Part shown: positions 1 through 10,430 of the stretch, piece after piece
How the letters are laid out: each line of letters begins with the position of its first letter
How positions within the stretch are numbered: position 1 is the stretch's first letter
NCBI GenBank assembly: GCA_041946805.1
Contig: JBHGBC010000004.1
Span: forward strand, 32,001 to 96,000
Reading direction: 5' to 3'
Length of the DNA: 64,000 bases
Source of the DNA: a bacterium
GTDB taxonomy: Bacteria > Hinthialibacterota > Hinthialibacteria > Hinthialibacterales > Hinthialibacteraceae
Position numbers and translations under genes: made by a program
Notes under the pieces: generated by a model
Told to the model about the DNA's origin: nothing
The model's input: only the letters and a program-made list of their open reading frames with translations
Database searches by the model: none

Positions 1-250
1 TGGGCTACACCGCGCTAGGAGCCTCCCCTACGGGCTTTGGGGAAGTAATCAAAGGACGCAAGGAACCTCAAGGACAAAAAGAATTGGCAAAAGGGGGTCA
101 TGGCGGGCCATGCCGCGCTGGAAGCCGATCCTCCCTCTACTTTGCGGGAGGAACAAAAGAACAGGAGGCGGACACGGAGGTCCGCCCCTGCATCATTGCG
201 ATCGGGATCACCTTTACCCAGGATCGCCGGATTTCCCGGGATCAAAGGGT

Positions 251-697
251 TTACGATTCCTGCTGGTCCCCGGTATCCGGAGCGGCCCCGCCATTGGCCA
301 GTTCGGGAGCCAGATGTCCCATATCCCGGAGATGGAAATCGCCCACCTGGCGGCGGCGGGCCTTGATGCGCGTCGCCTTCCCGACCCGCTCGCGCAGATA
401 ATACAACTTGGCCCGGCGGACCCGGCCGCGGCGGACCAGTTTGATCGACTCGATGCGGGGGGAATGCAGGGGGAAAATCCGTTCCACGCCCGTCCCATAG
501 GATATCTTGCGCACCGTGAAGGTTTCGCCCAATCCCCCGCCCCGGCGCGCGATCACCACGCCTTCAAACGCCTGGATGCGCTCCTTTTCCCCTTCGATGA
601 CCCGGGTATTCACGCGGACGGTGTCCCCCGGCTGGAAATAGGGATAGCTGGAACGCATCTGCTGTTCTTCAAATTCTTTCAAACCCGGATGTTCCAT
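251..697 (-). CDS. rplS: 50S ribosomal protein L19
   Basis: [59 protein letters not shown] at 697 with AGGAGA RBS; ~30-aa C-terminal extension. Confidence 0.98.
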   Translation of the reverse strand: MEHPGLKEFEEQQMRSSYPYFQPGDTVRVNTRVIEGEKERIQAFEGVVIARRGGGLGETFTVRKISYGTGVERIFPLHSPRIESIKLVRRGRVRRAKLYYLRERVGKATRIKARRRQVGDFHLRDMGHLAPELANGGAAPDTGDQQES

Positions 698-740
698 TTT
701 TCGGTCTCCTTGCCCTTCCTGCAAACACAAAGTGGTTAGT

Positions 741-1349
741 TTAGCCTTCTTTTCGATTCCCGCAAAGCCGGTCAAGAATAATGGCCGCCGCGCCCCGGAC
801 CGACAAATGATTGTATTCGCCCGCCCCTTGGATCGGCTCCAGCAGCCAGTCGCACCGCCGTAAAAACTCCTGAATCAATCCCCAGCCCGTGCCCAGCAAC
901 AGCAGGTACGGCCTATCCTCTTCCCGCAATTTTTTCGCCAGTTCTTCATACCCGGTCCGGCGGCAGTCTTCGTACATCCGGGCGGAAGTCGCCACCAGCA
1001 CGGGTTTTTCCCCCTGCCGTTCCTCGATTTCCGCCACGCACTCCTCGAGATGGCTGCAGATCTTGAGGATGGACAGCGCCTCGGTGCGCGTTTGGTTGTA
1101 CCGCGCCCCGTATTCGCTGCGCCAGAATTCCTCGACCCGCCGGGCCAGGTACTGCATGGTGGGCATCGGGTTGACGACGTAATACCGCCGCACGCCGAAG
1201 GTCATCGCGGACCGCGCGATATCGTGCAGGTCCATCGGCGTGATCGACGTGGTGATGACCTCGCCGGTCTTTTTATAAACGGGATAATGCAGCAACGCCA
1301 GGTACAGGGGCGCTTTCAGGTGCGAAGCTTTCGCCGGCGGCGCGCTCAT
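741..1349 (-). CDS. SPOUT-family RNA methyltransferase (TrmD C-terminal-like, Methyltrn_RNA_4 type)
   Basis: [45 protein letters not shown] overlaps trmD stop (ATGA). Confidence 0.9.
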   Translation of the reverse strand: MSAPPAKASHLKAPLYLALLHYPVYKKTGEVITTSITPMDLHDIARSAMTFGVRRYYVVNPMPTMQYLARRVEEFWRSEYGARYNQTRTEALSILKICSHLEECVAEIEERQGEKPVLVATSARMYEDCRRTGYEELAKKLREEDRPYLLLLGTGWGLIQEFLRRCDWLLEPIQGAGEYNHLSVRGAAAIILDRLCGNRKEG

Positions 1350-2074
1350 GAACGAGGCCCTTTCCGGGATTCGCGTTCCGGATGTGTTTCCCGGTACCGC
1401 CGGTACAGTTCCGGCCGGCGTTCCCGCGTTCGTTTCTCCGCCTGGGCCAGCCGCCACTTCGCGATTTCCGCGTGATTCCCGTTCAACAGCACTTCCGGCA
1501 CCCGCAGGCCCCGCACGTCCCGCGGCCGCGTGTACCGGGGGCAATCCAACAAGCCGCTGGTGTACGAATCCTCCTCCACCGAATCCATGGAATTCACCAC
1601 GCCGGGAATCAGCCGCACCACGGAATCCACGATCACCATCGACGCCAGCTCGCCTCCCGTCAGGATGTAATCCCCGATCGAAATTTCATCCGGTTTCAGA
1701 TACTCGATCACCCGCTGGTCCACGCCCTTGTAATGACCGCAAATCAGCACCAGGTGGTCCTTCCGCGACAACTCCTCCGCCACGGATTGCTCGTGGGTCC
1801 TTCCCTGCGGCGTGGTAAGGATCACGTGCGTCACGCCCGTTGCCTGCCGCTGCAAGTCCTCCACCGCCTCGATGAGCGGCTCGGCCAGCATGACCATGCC
1901 GTTCCCGCCCCCGTATGGTTCGTCATCCGTCTTGTGATGGCGGTCATGGGTCCAATCGCGGAGATTGTGAACCCGCAGGTCCAGTTTCCCGGATTCGCGC
2001 GCCCGTTTGATGATGCTCTCATCGAAGGGGCCGGTGAACATATCCACGAAGGTCGTCAGGATATCGATTCGCAT
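1346..2074 (-). CDS. trmD: tRNA (guanine37-N1)-methyltransferase
   Basis: MRIDILT, DDEPYGGGNGMVM, LICGHYKGVDQR, SIGDYILTGGE, YTRP. Confidence 0.98.
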   Translation of the reverse strand: MRIDILTTFVDMFTGPFDESIIKRARESGKLDLRVHNLRDWTHDRHHKTDDEPYGGGNGMVMLAEPLIEAVEDLQRQATGVTHVILTTPQGRTHEQSVAEELSRKDHLVLICGHYKGVDQRVIEYLKPDEISIGDYILTGGELASMVIVDSVVRLIPGVVNSMDSVEEDSYTSGLLDCPRYTRPRDVRGLRVPEVLLNGNHAEIAKWRLAQAEKRTRERRPELYRRYRETHPERESRKGPRS

Positions 2075-2089
2075 GCTGAATCAAGGCGG

Positions 2090-2659
2090 TCATCCAGCGG
2101 GAAAATTCCTTATTCCGGGAGTGTCGTCCTCTTCCAGGAGAGGAGGACTCACGATGATGGTATTTTCGGCCTTCCGGACTTCCTTCACCACTTCCAGATT
2201 GGCGGGCAGCAGGTATTCCCGGCCGCCCGGCCCCCGCACCACCAGCACGTCGCATTCGCCGGTTTCGATAATCTCCGCCACTTCCCCCAGTTCCTCGCCG
2301 GAGACGGTCACCACGCGGCGGAAGAGAAAATCCGCTTCATAATACGTGTTCTCTTCCTCCAGAGCGGGCAGGGCGGATTCGGCGATCCACACGACCGCCC
2401 CGCTGAGTTTCTCCGAAGCCTCCCGGCTGTCCACGCCCCGGAATTTCACGATCGGGGCATTCACCGAACCCCGCACGTACTCCACCTCCACCTCCCGGTC
2501 GGGGGATTCGAGGCGCAGCGAACCAAGGGTCTCCAGGATCCACGGATCACACCCGAACGGGCTGAACTTGAGTTCGCCGTCCAGGGCGTGCGGCTTGATC
2601 AGCCGTCCCAGGTATATCCGGTCTTTGTGAACGGTACGCTTGCGGCGGCGCAGCCCCAT
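2090..2659 (-). CDS. rimM: 16S rRNA processing protein RimM
   Basis: GRLIKPHALDGELK N-domain and PRC barrel (ELGEVAEIIETGECDVLVV..LLPA); between khpA and trmD. Confidence 0.95.
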   Translation of the reverse strand: MGLRRRKRTVHKDRIYLGRLIKPHALDGELKFSPFGCDPWILETLGSLRLESPDREVEVEYVRGSVNAPIVKFRGVDSREASEKLSGAVVWIAESALPALEEENTYYEADFLFRRVVTVSGEELGEVAEIIETGECDVLVVRGPGGREYLLPANLEVVKEVRKAENTIIVSPPLLEEDDTPGIRNFPAG

Positions 2660-2694
2660 CCCTGGAATTCCTTTCCAAACGGCCGGTCAACGGC

Positions 2695-2952
2695 TTATTG
2701 TTTCTCTTCCGCGATTTCCACCAGCGTGCGCTTGTTTTCGATCGACGCCTTGGCGGATACCAGCAGCCGCAATGCGCGGGCGGTTTTGCCGTTCCGGCCG
2801 ATGATCCGCCCCATATCACCGGGGCTGACCTTGATGGTGTATTCCTCGGTGCCGTCCTCCAAGGTCCGTTCGGTGACCAGAACCTCGTCCGGACAGCTGA
2901 CCAGCGATTTGCTGAGATAGATCAAGAAATCCTTCACGCTCGTTTTTTCCAT
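2695..2952 (-). CDS. khpA: KH-domain RNA-binding protein
   Basis: DMGRIIGRNGKTARALR KH GxxG motif; canonical position after rpsP. Confidence 0.92.
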   Translation of the reverse strand: MEKTSVKDFLIYLSKSLVSCPDEVLVTERTLEDGTEEYTIKVSPGDMGRIIGRNGKTARALRLLVSAKASIENKRTLVEIAEEKQ

Positions 2953-3169
2953 AGTATTCTCATTCGCTTCTCCGAAAGCTTCACCGCGCCGGGAGGCAGT
3001 CATCCGGCGCGCCGCGGTTCAGGACGGCGGGAGCATATCGCTCCGGCTCCATGATCCCGGATCCCCGGATCCGAACCCGACCTCGCGATTCGTATCAGCG
3101 CCGCCGTTTGGGCATATTTTAGGCTCTCCCATCCGCAACCCTTCAGTCCCGCCATCCGATCGATCCAGT

Positions 3170-3529
3170 TCAAGAAGTCACGGACGGTTCCGCGTTTTCC
3201 GGGGCGGCGGATTGTGCCGGCGCGGGGGCCGCATCCGGGGCCGGTTGCGAGGTGATCAGTGTTTTGTACTCACCGGATTTGAAACGTTCCAGAATTCCCT
3301 GTTTTTTCAGGAGAGAACGGGCGGTTTCACTCAGTTGCGCGCCTTGTTCCAGCCATTTGTAGATCTCGGCTTCCTTGAGCGACATCTGAGCAGGCTCTTT
3401 CACCGGATCGTACCACCCGATGTTGGCGATGGTCTTGCCATCCCGCCGCCAGCGGGAATCCATGACCACCAGCCGGAAAAAGGGCACGTTACGCTTACCC
3501 ATCCTTTTCAAACGAATCTTGACTGACAT
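3170..3529 (-). CDS. rpsP: 30S ribosomal protein S16
   Basis: MSVKIRLKRMGKRNVPFFRLVVMDSR..RDG..IGWYDP; Pro/Ala-rich tail. Confidence 0.98.
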   Translation of the reverse strand: MSVKIRLKRMGKRNVPFFRLVVMDSRWRRDGKTIANIGWYDPVKEPAQMSLKEAEIYKWLEQGAQLSETARSLLKKQGILERFKSGEYKTLITSQPAPDAAPAPAQSAAPENAEPSVTS

Positions 3530-3726
3530 GCATAACCTCCTTCAATTGATGATCTTACATTATGTGAATGGATATTATGGTTTAATCCTGGATATTATGA
3601 CAATCTTCCGCGATTGCGATCAAATCAGATTTCCCTCACCCTACCCCTCTCCCAGAGGTAGAGGGAGCTCAGTACTCTTCCCGAGGAAGAGGAATTCAGT
3701 GTTCGGATCACCACGCTCATCGAATC

Positions 3727-5103
3727 CTACATGCCGGGGAACATCCCACGCATGTTCATCATCTTTTTCATCATCTTTTTGGACATTTTCGGCTTCTTGC
3801 CTCTGTTCTTGGCCGCGCCGGCCATCATGCTCATCATCTGGCGGGTTTGCGCGAATTGTTTCAGCAGGCGGTTCACATCCTGGATGGAAGTCCCGCTGCC
3901 CATGGCGATCCGCCGCTTGCGGCTGCCGCTGATGACATGGGGCAGGCTGCGTTCCTCGGGAGTCATGGACAGGATCATGGCCTCCACGTATTTCATCTCG
4001 TCTTCACTCAAGTTGATGTTCTTGACAGCCTCGTTGCCGCCCATGCCGGGCAGCAGGGAAAGGATGTTTCCGATGCCGCCCATTTTTTTGACTTGCGAAA
4101 TCTGTTTCAAAAAGTCATCGAGGGTGAAGGTCTGATCCAGCAGTTTCTTCTGCAAGGTCAGCGCTTCCTCTTCGTTGTAGGCCTGCTTGGCCTTCTCGAT
4201 GAGGGTCAGCACATCACCCATGCCCAGGATGCGCGAGGCCATGCGGCCGGGGAAGAACGGCTCCAGGTCCTCCAGTTTTTCCCCCATGCCCGCGAACAGG
4301 ATGGGTTGGCCGGTGACATAACGGATCGACAAAGCCGCGCCGCCCCGGGTGTCACTGTCCAGCTTGGTCAGTATGGTTCCCGTAATTCCCAGTCCTTCAT
4401 GAAAATGCTGGGCCTGGTTAATGGCGTCCTGACCAACCATCGAGTCGACCACCAGGATGATATGCGAGGGTTTCCAGTTCTGCTTGATTCGCTGGACTTC
4501 GGCCATCATTTCGTCGTCGATGTGCAGCCGGCCCGCGGTATCCAGGATGATCGTGTCGAGCCCTTCCTTGTACGCCTTTTTCGATCCTTGGCGGGCGATT
4601 TCCACAGGATCGGCGTCCGTTCCCATCTGGAACACGGGGACACCGGCTTTTTCGCCCACGACTTCCAGTTGCTTGATAGCCGCCGGGCGGTAAATATCGC
4701 CCGCGCAGAGCAATGGCTTGCGTCCCTCCGCCATCAATTTTTTGGCCAGTTTGGCCGCCGTGGTGGTTTTACCGGATCCTTGCAACCCCACCAGCATGAT
4801 CCGTGCTTCGCCCGCAGGGAGGTCCAGACGGCCTTCCTTCCCGCCCAGCAAATCGATCATCGCCTCGTGCACGATTTTGATGACCTGTTGCGCCGGATTC
4901 AGCCCCTTGAGGATTTCCGCGCCGAAGGCCCGGTCTTCCACCTTCTGACAGAATTCCTTGGTGGCCTTGATGTTGACATCCGCCTCCAGGAACGCCAGGC
5001 GCACTTCGCGCAAGGCCTCGCGGATGGACTTTTCGTCGAGCCGGGATTTGCCCGTCAACCGGCTGAAAATCGCCTGAAAACGGCCGGTTAGGTTTTCAAA
5101 CAT
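3727..5103 (-). CDS. ffh: signal recognition particle protein
   Basis: MFENLT, ALxEADV-like LEADVN, GLQGSGKTT, DTAGR, TKLD, Met-rich M domain. Confidence 0.98.
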   Translation of the reverse strand: MFENLTGRFQAIFSRLTGKSRLDEKSIREALREVRLAFLEADVNIKATKEFCQKVEDRAFGAEILKGLNPAQQVIKIVHEAMIDLLGGKEGRLDLPAGEARIMLVGLQGSGKTTTAAKLAKKLMAEGRKPLLCAGDIYRPAAIKQLEVVGEKAGVPVFQMGTDADPVEIARQGSKKAYKEGLDTIILDTAGRLHIDDEMMAEVQRIKQNWKPSHIILVVDSMVGQDAINQAQHFHEGLGITGTILTKLDSDTRGGAALSIRYVTGQPILFAGMGEKLEDLEPFFPGRMASRILGMGDVLTLIEKAKQAYNEEEALTLQKKLLDQTFTLDDFLKQISQVKKMGGIGNILSLLPGMGGNEAVKNINLSEDEMKYVEAMILSMTPEERSLPHVISGSRKRRIAMGSGTSIQDVNRLLKQFAQTRQMMSMMAGAAKNRGKKPKMSKKMMKKMMNMRGMFPGM

Positions 5104-5440
5104 AAAACTGGTCTCCTCTGCGCCCGCTTCATCGCCAAGACGATACGTCCGGTGCACTTAAACATTATGAACCTCAAACCAATCCACCCTATCTGCCCCA
5201 TGGATGGAGAAGTCTTCTATCACCCTCGCCCTTTGGGTGAGGGCTTAGGCGAGGGGCGTCGAAGGAATGGTATTTCCTCACACAACCCCTCCGCCAGAAG
5301 GAGAGGGAATTGGGGGATTGATTTCCCCGGCTAACTGGCGGGTTAACCGGCAAACACGCTTGCTGGGAAGTATCTCCAACCAGTTAACCGGGCGGACACA
5401 AAGATCCGCCCCTACAATGTATGTACCTTACAATGCGCCT

Positions 5441-5848
5441 TTACTCCAGCCCGGCAAGCTTCCGCAGGCTTTTCACCTTGCGGCGCAACGGCCCGGTGTC
5501 ATAAATGATGTCTTCGCCCACCAGGGCCGACAGGGATTGCACTTCTTCCTGGATTTTTTTTAGGTCGATCGGGACACCCGCGGCCGGTTGGGCACACTCC
5601 GGTCTCTGGGACCGGGCAAGCAATCCCAAATGCTCCTCGAAATGGAGCAAGGCTTTTTTGCCATGCTGGATCGTGTCATGAACCGCCTGGCGGGAGATGT
5701 CCTCGGCTTCCGCGATTTCTCCGTAGGATAAATCCTCGTTGAAGTACAAATCCAGAAAATCCCGTTGCCGGTCCGTCAAGAGCCCTCCATAGACATCCAG
5801 GAGGGCGCCGATCCATTGTTTTTCTTCCAAAGGCTCCACCATAGCCAT
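5441..5848 (-). CDS. ylxM: YlxM-family DNA-binding/SRP-associated protein
   Basis: LLDVYGGLLTDRQ..DLSYGEIAE..ISRQAVHD..FEEHLGL; upstream of ffh. Confidence 0.88.
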   Translation of the reverse strand: MAMVEPLEEKQWIGALLDVYGGLLTDRQRDFLDLYFNEDLSYGEIAEAEDISRQAVHDTIQHGKKALLHFEEHLGLLARSQRPECAQPAAGVPIDLKKIQEEVQSLSALVGEDIIYDTGPLRRKVKSLRKLAGLE

Positions 5849-6143
5849 CCAACCAGGTCAACGGAAATACCGGAATGGCATGTAAAGAATGAATACTTGA
5901 CTCAAGCGTAATTCACAATCGGGGCCCGTCAAGGAGCTTGGATAAGAGGCGGCGCGAATTGTCCATCCCTGAATGGAGGAGGCATGTGGAAATCCTCAAA
6001 AGCCATTCATTCACTCCTCCCGCGTGAGGGAAGAAAGGCTTCTATGAAATAGGGGCACATGGCAAGGTGCCCCTACTGACCAAAATCCAGCCCTTCCCCT
6101 GCCATAAAAATTTTTTTATTTCTGAGCTCTAATTCCTTGGGCG

Positions 6144-6295
6144 GGTGTCTTTCTGTACAGACACCAGTTGATTCACGAGTTCCACGGGCGGGTAGGAACC
6201 GTGGGAGGAAAGGATCAACTCCCTACCATAACCACCACTTTTCACATCCTACTCTTCTTCTCTTTTAATGCCTCATCCCAGGGGGCATTTTTTTT
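6144..6295 (+). ncRNA. candidate structured small RNA with intrinsic terminator
   Basis: Hairpin 6144-6165; nested stems 6166-74/6212-20 and 6180-87/6199-6206; terminator 6267-6295; no downstream + strand gene. Confidence 0.4.
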
Positions 6296-6485
6296 GCCTG
6301 TTGGAGACCGCATCGAAGAGATTCCCCCCTTTGCGCGAACCGAATCCCGCTGGATTACCCATTTTTCAGGAAAGCCAAAAAGACCAGAGGCCAGATTTTT
6401 TTGAGTTGATTCGGGCGGACACCTAGGTCCGCCCCTACAAAAAATCCCTCACCCTGGCCCCCCAAAGGAAGAGGGGAATATTTCC

Positions 6486-6781
6486 GGTTCATCCGAGAAG
6501 TGTGTATACCGCCACGCTCTCATGCCCAGGGTTGAAACTGGTTTCGAGATGCCCTTATAATCCCTGGGTTAAAACCCTGGGCTAGTTTAAAGCCGTCCCC
6601 TGAAGGGGACTCCGAAAGTGTGTGGTTAAGGATAAAGGATGCATTCCGCCTTTTAAGGGATTCCCTCACCCTGGCCCTCTCCCAGAGGGAGAGGGGATCA
6701 GGGGATTGATTACCCCGGCCAACCCGATTGAACGACAGCCAGACATGCTTGAAAAAAAAGTACGCACTTATCGGATAAGCC
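6486..6781 (+). mobile_element. MITE-like element, copy A (long internal variant)
   Basis: Left end GGTTCATCCGAGAAGTGTGTA, right end GTACGCACTTATCGGATAAGCC; 3' ~120 bp shared with copies at 27756 and 47608. Confidence 0.75.
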
Positions 6782-6794
6782 AAAAAGAATCGCT

Positions 6795-7985
6795 TTATTT
6801 CTCCATTTGCTCCAAAAAACGCTTCGCCAGGCGGGCGATTTCGGGAACCTTGCTTTCGCTCATGCGAGCCTGCAAATCCAGCGGATCCAAAACCGGATCC
6901 AACCGCTCCAACGCTTCCAGCACATTCTCCGCCGTGAACGGCGCCACCCGGTGCGCAGGGAACTTACGGCTGCCGGAGATCAATTCCTCCGATTTCACGT
7001 AATGGATCTCCCAGGCTTCCTCCCCCGCGCCGGCCAGGGAGACGAACCGCTCGTGAAGCTGGCCGTTCTCGTCTTTTCCCGGGACCGTTCCCAGCCAATA
7101 CCCCTTCAATTTCTTCTCCAGCGATTCGGCATAGAGTTTTTCGAGGGAAGGGAGGCGCAACGCGTCACGGATCGCGGCGGGAACCACGATACCCTCCAAT
7201 TCGTGGATTCGTTTATAGACCTGCCGCGCGTCCAACGAAACGGTTTCCGTAATGGAGACGTGGGTATCCCCGTTTTTTTCCGCGACAAAAACCTTCCAGG
7301 ATTCCCGGGTTTCCGGACAAATGGAAATCAACCAATGGGCCCCGCGAAGCGGTTCCGGCGTAACCAGCCGCCCCGGCATCCAGGGTGCAGCTTCCTCCAG
7401 GGAACTCGCATCCAGGGACAATAGAAACGCATAATCCGGCTTCTTGAAGCCCAGGATCCGCAATTCATCCAGCAGCTCGGATAAATTGAAAACGCCGACT
7501 TTGTCGATCTCTGGTTCAGCCAGGGGATCGTCTCCGTCCGTGATCACGCACGAGTGGAGCGTGTAGGTCCCCCCCGCGTTTCGCGTGACCGAATAATGGC
7601 ACGTCCACTCCTGCCCGGTTTCCCATTCTTCCGGGGGTGCGCCCAGCCAGGTTCCGGGCAAGCGCCGGGAGAGGATTTGCTGAAAGATCTCCTCCCAGCG
7701 CGGCAAGCCCAGTATCTCCAATTCCTGGGCTGACAACTCGGGGACGTAACCGACGTTCTTATAGCATTTTTGTATGGCCCGGTAGACCTCCGCGGCTGAC
7801 AGAGGCGGTGTCCGCGTTTGGAGCCAGCGGCCCTGACTTTCCTCAAGGGCATGGACCACCCACTGCCCTTCCCCGCGTTTTTCGATGCTCACCGCGATCC
7901 CGGCGCCTTCCGGTTGCTGATCCCGCAAATAAAGACCGGGCAGCCGCGGGAGAGCCTCCCGCCAGATGTTCGGATTCGACATCAT
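6795..7985 (-). CDS. hypothetical protein with internal ~95-aa repeats
   Basis: 396-aa ORF with normal composition; internal similarity such as LSAAEVYRAI/LDARQVYKRI and RRLPGTWLG/KKLKGYWLG. Confidence 0.8.
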   Translation of the reverse strand: MMSNPNIWREALPRLPGLYLRDQQPEGAGIAVSIEKRGEGQWVVHALEESQGRWLQTRTPPLSAAEVYRAIQKCYKNVGYVPELSAQELEILGLPRWEEIFQQILSRRLPGTWLGAPPEEWETGQEWTCHYSVTRNAGGTYTLHSCVITDGDDPLAEPEIDKVGVFNLSELLDELRILGFKKPDYAFLLSLDASSLEEAAPWMPGRLVTPEPLRGAHWLISICPETRESWKVFVAEKNGDTHVSITETVSLDARQVYKRIHELEGIVVPAAIRDALRLPSLEKLYAESLEKKLKGYWLGTVPGKDENGQLHERFVSLAGAGEEAWEIHYVKSEELISGSRKFPAHRVAPFTAENVLEALERLDPVLDPLDLQARMSESKVPEIARLAKRFLEQMEK

Positions 7986-8218
7986 TTCTCATCATTCCTT
8001 CCCGGTTCCGGTGTATTGGCCCTGTTTCCTCCCCAACAAGATTACACCGCTTTCGGATTTCCCGCTTCCCCCGGGTTGACCGGATTCACACTCCCTTGGT
8101 GAATCGCGCGGGTTTAAGAGAAGTGGTTCTTCCTGCTATAGTGCATCGATCTCAACCGGGTTTTACATCGGATCCGGATTCAGAGATCATCATCCCTTTT
8201 TGTGGAGGTAACTATCCC

Positions 8219-9148
8219 ATGAGCCACCGCAGTAAATCCCAACGCCGGCGGGCCGCCGGAAATCCCAACGCCCCCAAAACCCCCGCTCAGGAAAATCCGG
8301 CCGCCGATCCTATGAAAGAGGATGCGTCCCCGGCCGACGACCAATCCATTCCCGCTTCCCGGGAAACCATACCCCTCCGGGAATCCGTTCCAGCCCAAGC
8401 GGGCGCTTCCTCCACCGCGGGGCCTTCGATCGGATTGATGATCCTGGGCTTCGTGCTGGTGCTCGCCGCCGTGGCCGCCCTGGGGTATAACGGTTATCAG
8501 GAAATTCAGAAAATGAAAAAGGAGTTATTGTACCAAGCGTTGGAACTGAATACCGCGATCCAGGATTTGAAGCAGCAATCCAAAACGGATCCGAACGCGA
8601 ACCTGCTGCCCGAATTGCAAAAAGCCATCCAGGCCGCCAGCCAGCAAACCGATGGGAAAATCGATCAACTCGCCCAGAGCTTCAACGCCAAGGCCGACGC
8701 GTTGACCGCTCCCATCACGGAAAGCCTGAAGGCCTTGAGCGCCAAGATCGAATCCGGCCAGGCCGCCCTGGAAGCCCTGCAGCAAAAAGCGGGCGCCCCG
8801 CAAGCCGCCGCGGCGGAGGATGTCAGCGGGAAGCTGCAGGAAATCGCCACGCTGCTCGACCAATTCAAGTCGGCCACCAACCAGGTGTTGGAGAAACAAA
8901 ACGAAAACGCCTCCAAGTTCACATTCCTGGGGACTTCGATCGCGGAAAAACTCGACGCCCAAGGCCAGGCCTTGGCTGATTTGACGGCGCGCTTGAAAGA
9001 AGCCCAGCCGCCCGCGGCCGGGACATCGGCGGAAGAACTGAAGCGGATCGAAACCAACCTTTCCCTGGCCATCAACGAAGCGGTGTATCAACTCCAGACG
9101 CAACTGGGCCAAATCCAAAAAGTCCTGAGTGAAAAGCCGGCCCAATAA
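8219..9148 (+). CDS. single-TM coiled-coil hypothetical protein
   Basis: GGAGG RBS then MSHRSK; disordered N-terminus, TM IGLMILGFVLVLAAVAALGY, Q/A/K/E-rich helical ectodomain. Confidence 0.85.
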   Translation: MSHRSKSQRRRAAGNPNAPKTPAQENPAADPMKEDASPADDQSIPASRETIPLRESVPAQAGASSTAGPSIGLMILGFVLVLAAVAALGYNGYQEIQKMKKELLYQALELNTAIQDLKQQSKTDPNANLLPELQKAIQAASQQTDGKIDQLAQSFNAKADALTAPITESLKALSAKIESGQAALEALQQKAGAPQAAAAEDVSGKLQEIATLLDQFKSATNQVLEKQNENASKFTFLGTSIAEKLDAQGQALADLTARLKEAQPPAAGTSAEELKRIETNLSLAINEAVYQLQTQLGQIQKVLSEKPAQ

Positions 9149-9184
9149 CGCTCAGCATCCGCCTTCCCGATTCAAGTAAAGCGC

Positions 9185-9221
9185 CTCAGGCTCCGGAGAA
9201 ATCCCGGGGCCTGAGTTTTTT
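9185..9221 (+). terminator. intrinsic terminator
   Basis: ctcaggctccgg/ccggggcctgag stem followed by T6. Confidence 0.75.
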
Positions 9222-9497
9222 GGGGCGAGTACATTTTTACTTCATGGCAGAGTAACGATGCATTCCGCCTTTTCAGGGCTTCCCTCATCCTGATCCTCTC
9301 CCAGAGGGAGAGGGAATCGTTTCGCGTTCCCTTTATACTCGGACTACGAATAATGCACTGAGTTCGTAGGGTGGGCTCAAAACGAATGTAGCCCACCAAC
9401 CCGACTGGCTTCCTCTCCGCCATTTGATCCCGGCGGCGAATCAGAGTATCCTGCGGGATAACTCATTACCAAATCAACACATGGCAGGACCAGCCGT

Positions 9498-10430
9498 ATG
9501 AGAAATGGAACAGGCTTGTTCATTGGACTACTTGTGATCATCGGATGGAGTCTGCTGGCCACATCCGGCGCCGGTCCGGCGGGATTGCCTCCGGAGCGGA
9601 TCCTCTACGAAAAAGATTCCCTCTATCACCACATCCGGGTATCGCAGGTGGCCAATTACCGGTACCTGTCGTTCAACCGGGCCCGCGGCAACCAAAGCGC
9701 CGTGAACGTGAACGATCCCTACGAACTGAAATTCGCCTACACGCAGGCCAGTTTTCTCAGCCTGGCCTTCTTCGAAAAAGAACCGGAGACCATTTTGTAT
9801 GTGGGATTGGGGGGTGGCTCCATGCCCCGGGTGATCGCCAAATACCTTCCCAATGCCAAGATCGACCTCGTCGAAATCGATCCCGACGTCGTCATGGTGG
9901 CCAAGAAATACTTTCTGTTCGAACCCACGCCCAACATGCGGATCTTCGAGCAGGATGGGCGTCAATATCTCCGCCGCTCCGTGGACCAGTATGATTTAAT
10001 CGTCCTCGACGCCTACAACGACGCCGCCATCCCCTTTCACCTGACCACCAAGGAATTCTTCGAGATCGTGAAACAACGCCTCACGCCCCGGGGGGTCGTG
10101 GCCACGAACATCTGGGGGCCGGCTTCCAACGAATTTTACTATTCGGAGATCAAGACCTTTCAGGCCGTCTTCCCCCGGGTGTATGCCGTGAACGCAGTCA
10201 CCACCAACAACAATATTTTTTTCGTGACCCAGGAAGGCAAGGAATGGACCGCCGCCACGTTTCAAAAACAAGCCCGCGCGTTGCACAACCGCTACCGGTT
10301 TCCCTTCGCGCTGGATCTCTACGCGCGGACCTTCGAGGATTTGACGCGCAAAGAGGTCAACGCCAAGGTGCTGCTGGATGATTTCGCGCCGGTCGAGGTG
10401 CTGCGTTCGCGGGAGGCCGGCCATCCGTGA
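9498..10430 (+). CDS. spermidine synthase-like SAM-dependent methyltransferase domain with N-terminal signal/TM
   Basis: SLYHHIRV, VGLGGGS, VEIDPDV, DGRQYL, YDLIVLDAY, IPFHLTTKEFF, LLDDFAPVE. Confidence 0.88.
   Translation: MRNGTGLFIGLLVIIGWSLLATSGAGPAGLPPERILYEKDSLYHHIRVSQVANYRYLSFNRARGNQSAVNVNDPYELKFAYTQASFLSLAFFEKEPETILYVGLGGGSMPRVIAKYLPNAKIDLVEIDPDVVMVAKKYFLFEPTPNMRIFEQDGRQYLRRSVDQYDLIVLDAYNDAAIPFHLTTKEFFEIVKQRLTPRGVVATNIWGPASNEFYYSEIKTFQAVFPRVYAVNAVTTNNNIFFVTQEGKEWTAATFQKQARALHNRYRFPFALDLYARTFEDLTRKEVNAKVLLDDFAPVEVLRSREAGHP

Noticed and set aside
741..2074. Frameshifted trmD fusion
   Set aside because: TrmD is complete, and the SPOUT domain has its own ATG in a normal ATGA overlap; separate forms are known.
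1382..2920. 512-aa + strand ORF and similar long ORFs (3847-5091, 11009-12382, 16329-17993, 28943-30424, 42725-44251, 55081-56703)
   Set aside because: Shadow ORFs overlapping well-supported genes, expected from high-GC codon bias; no recognisable motifs.
5849..6300. SRP (4.5S) RNA next to ffh
   Set aside because: The conserved domain IV pattern (CAGG..GGAA..AGCA) is not present on either strand as far as I can read.
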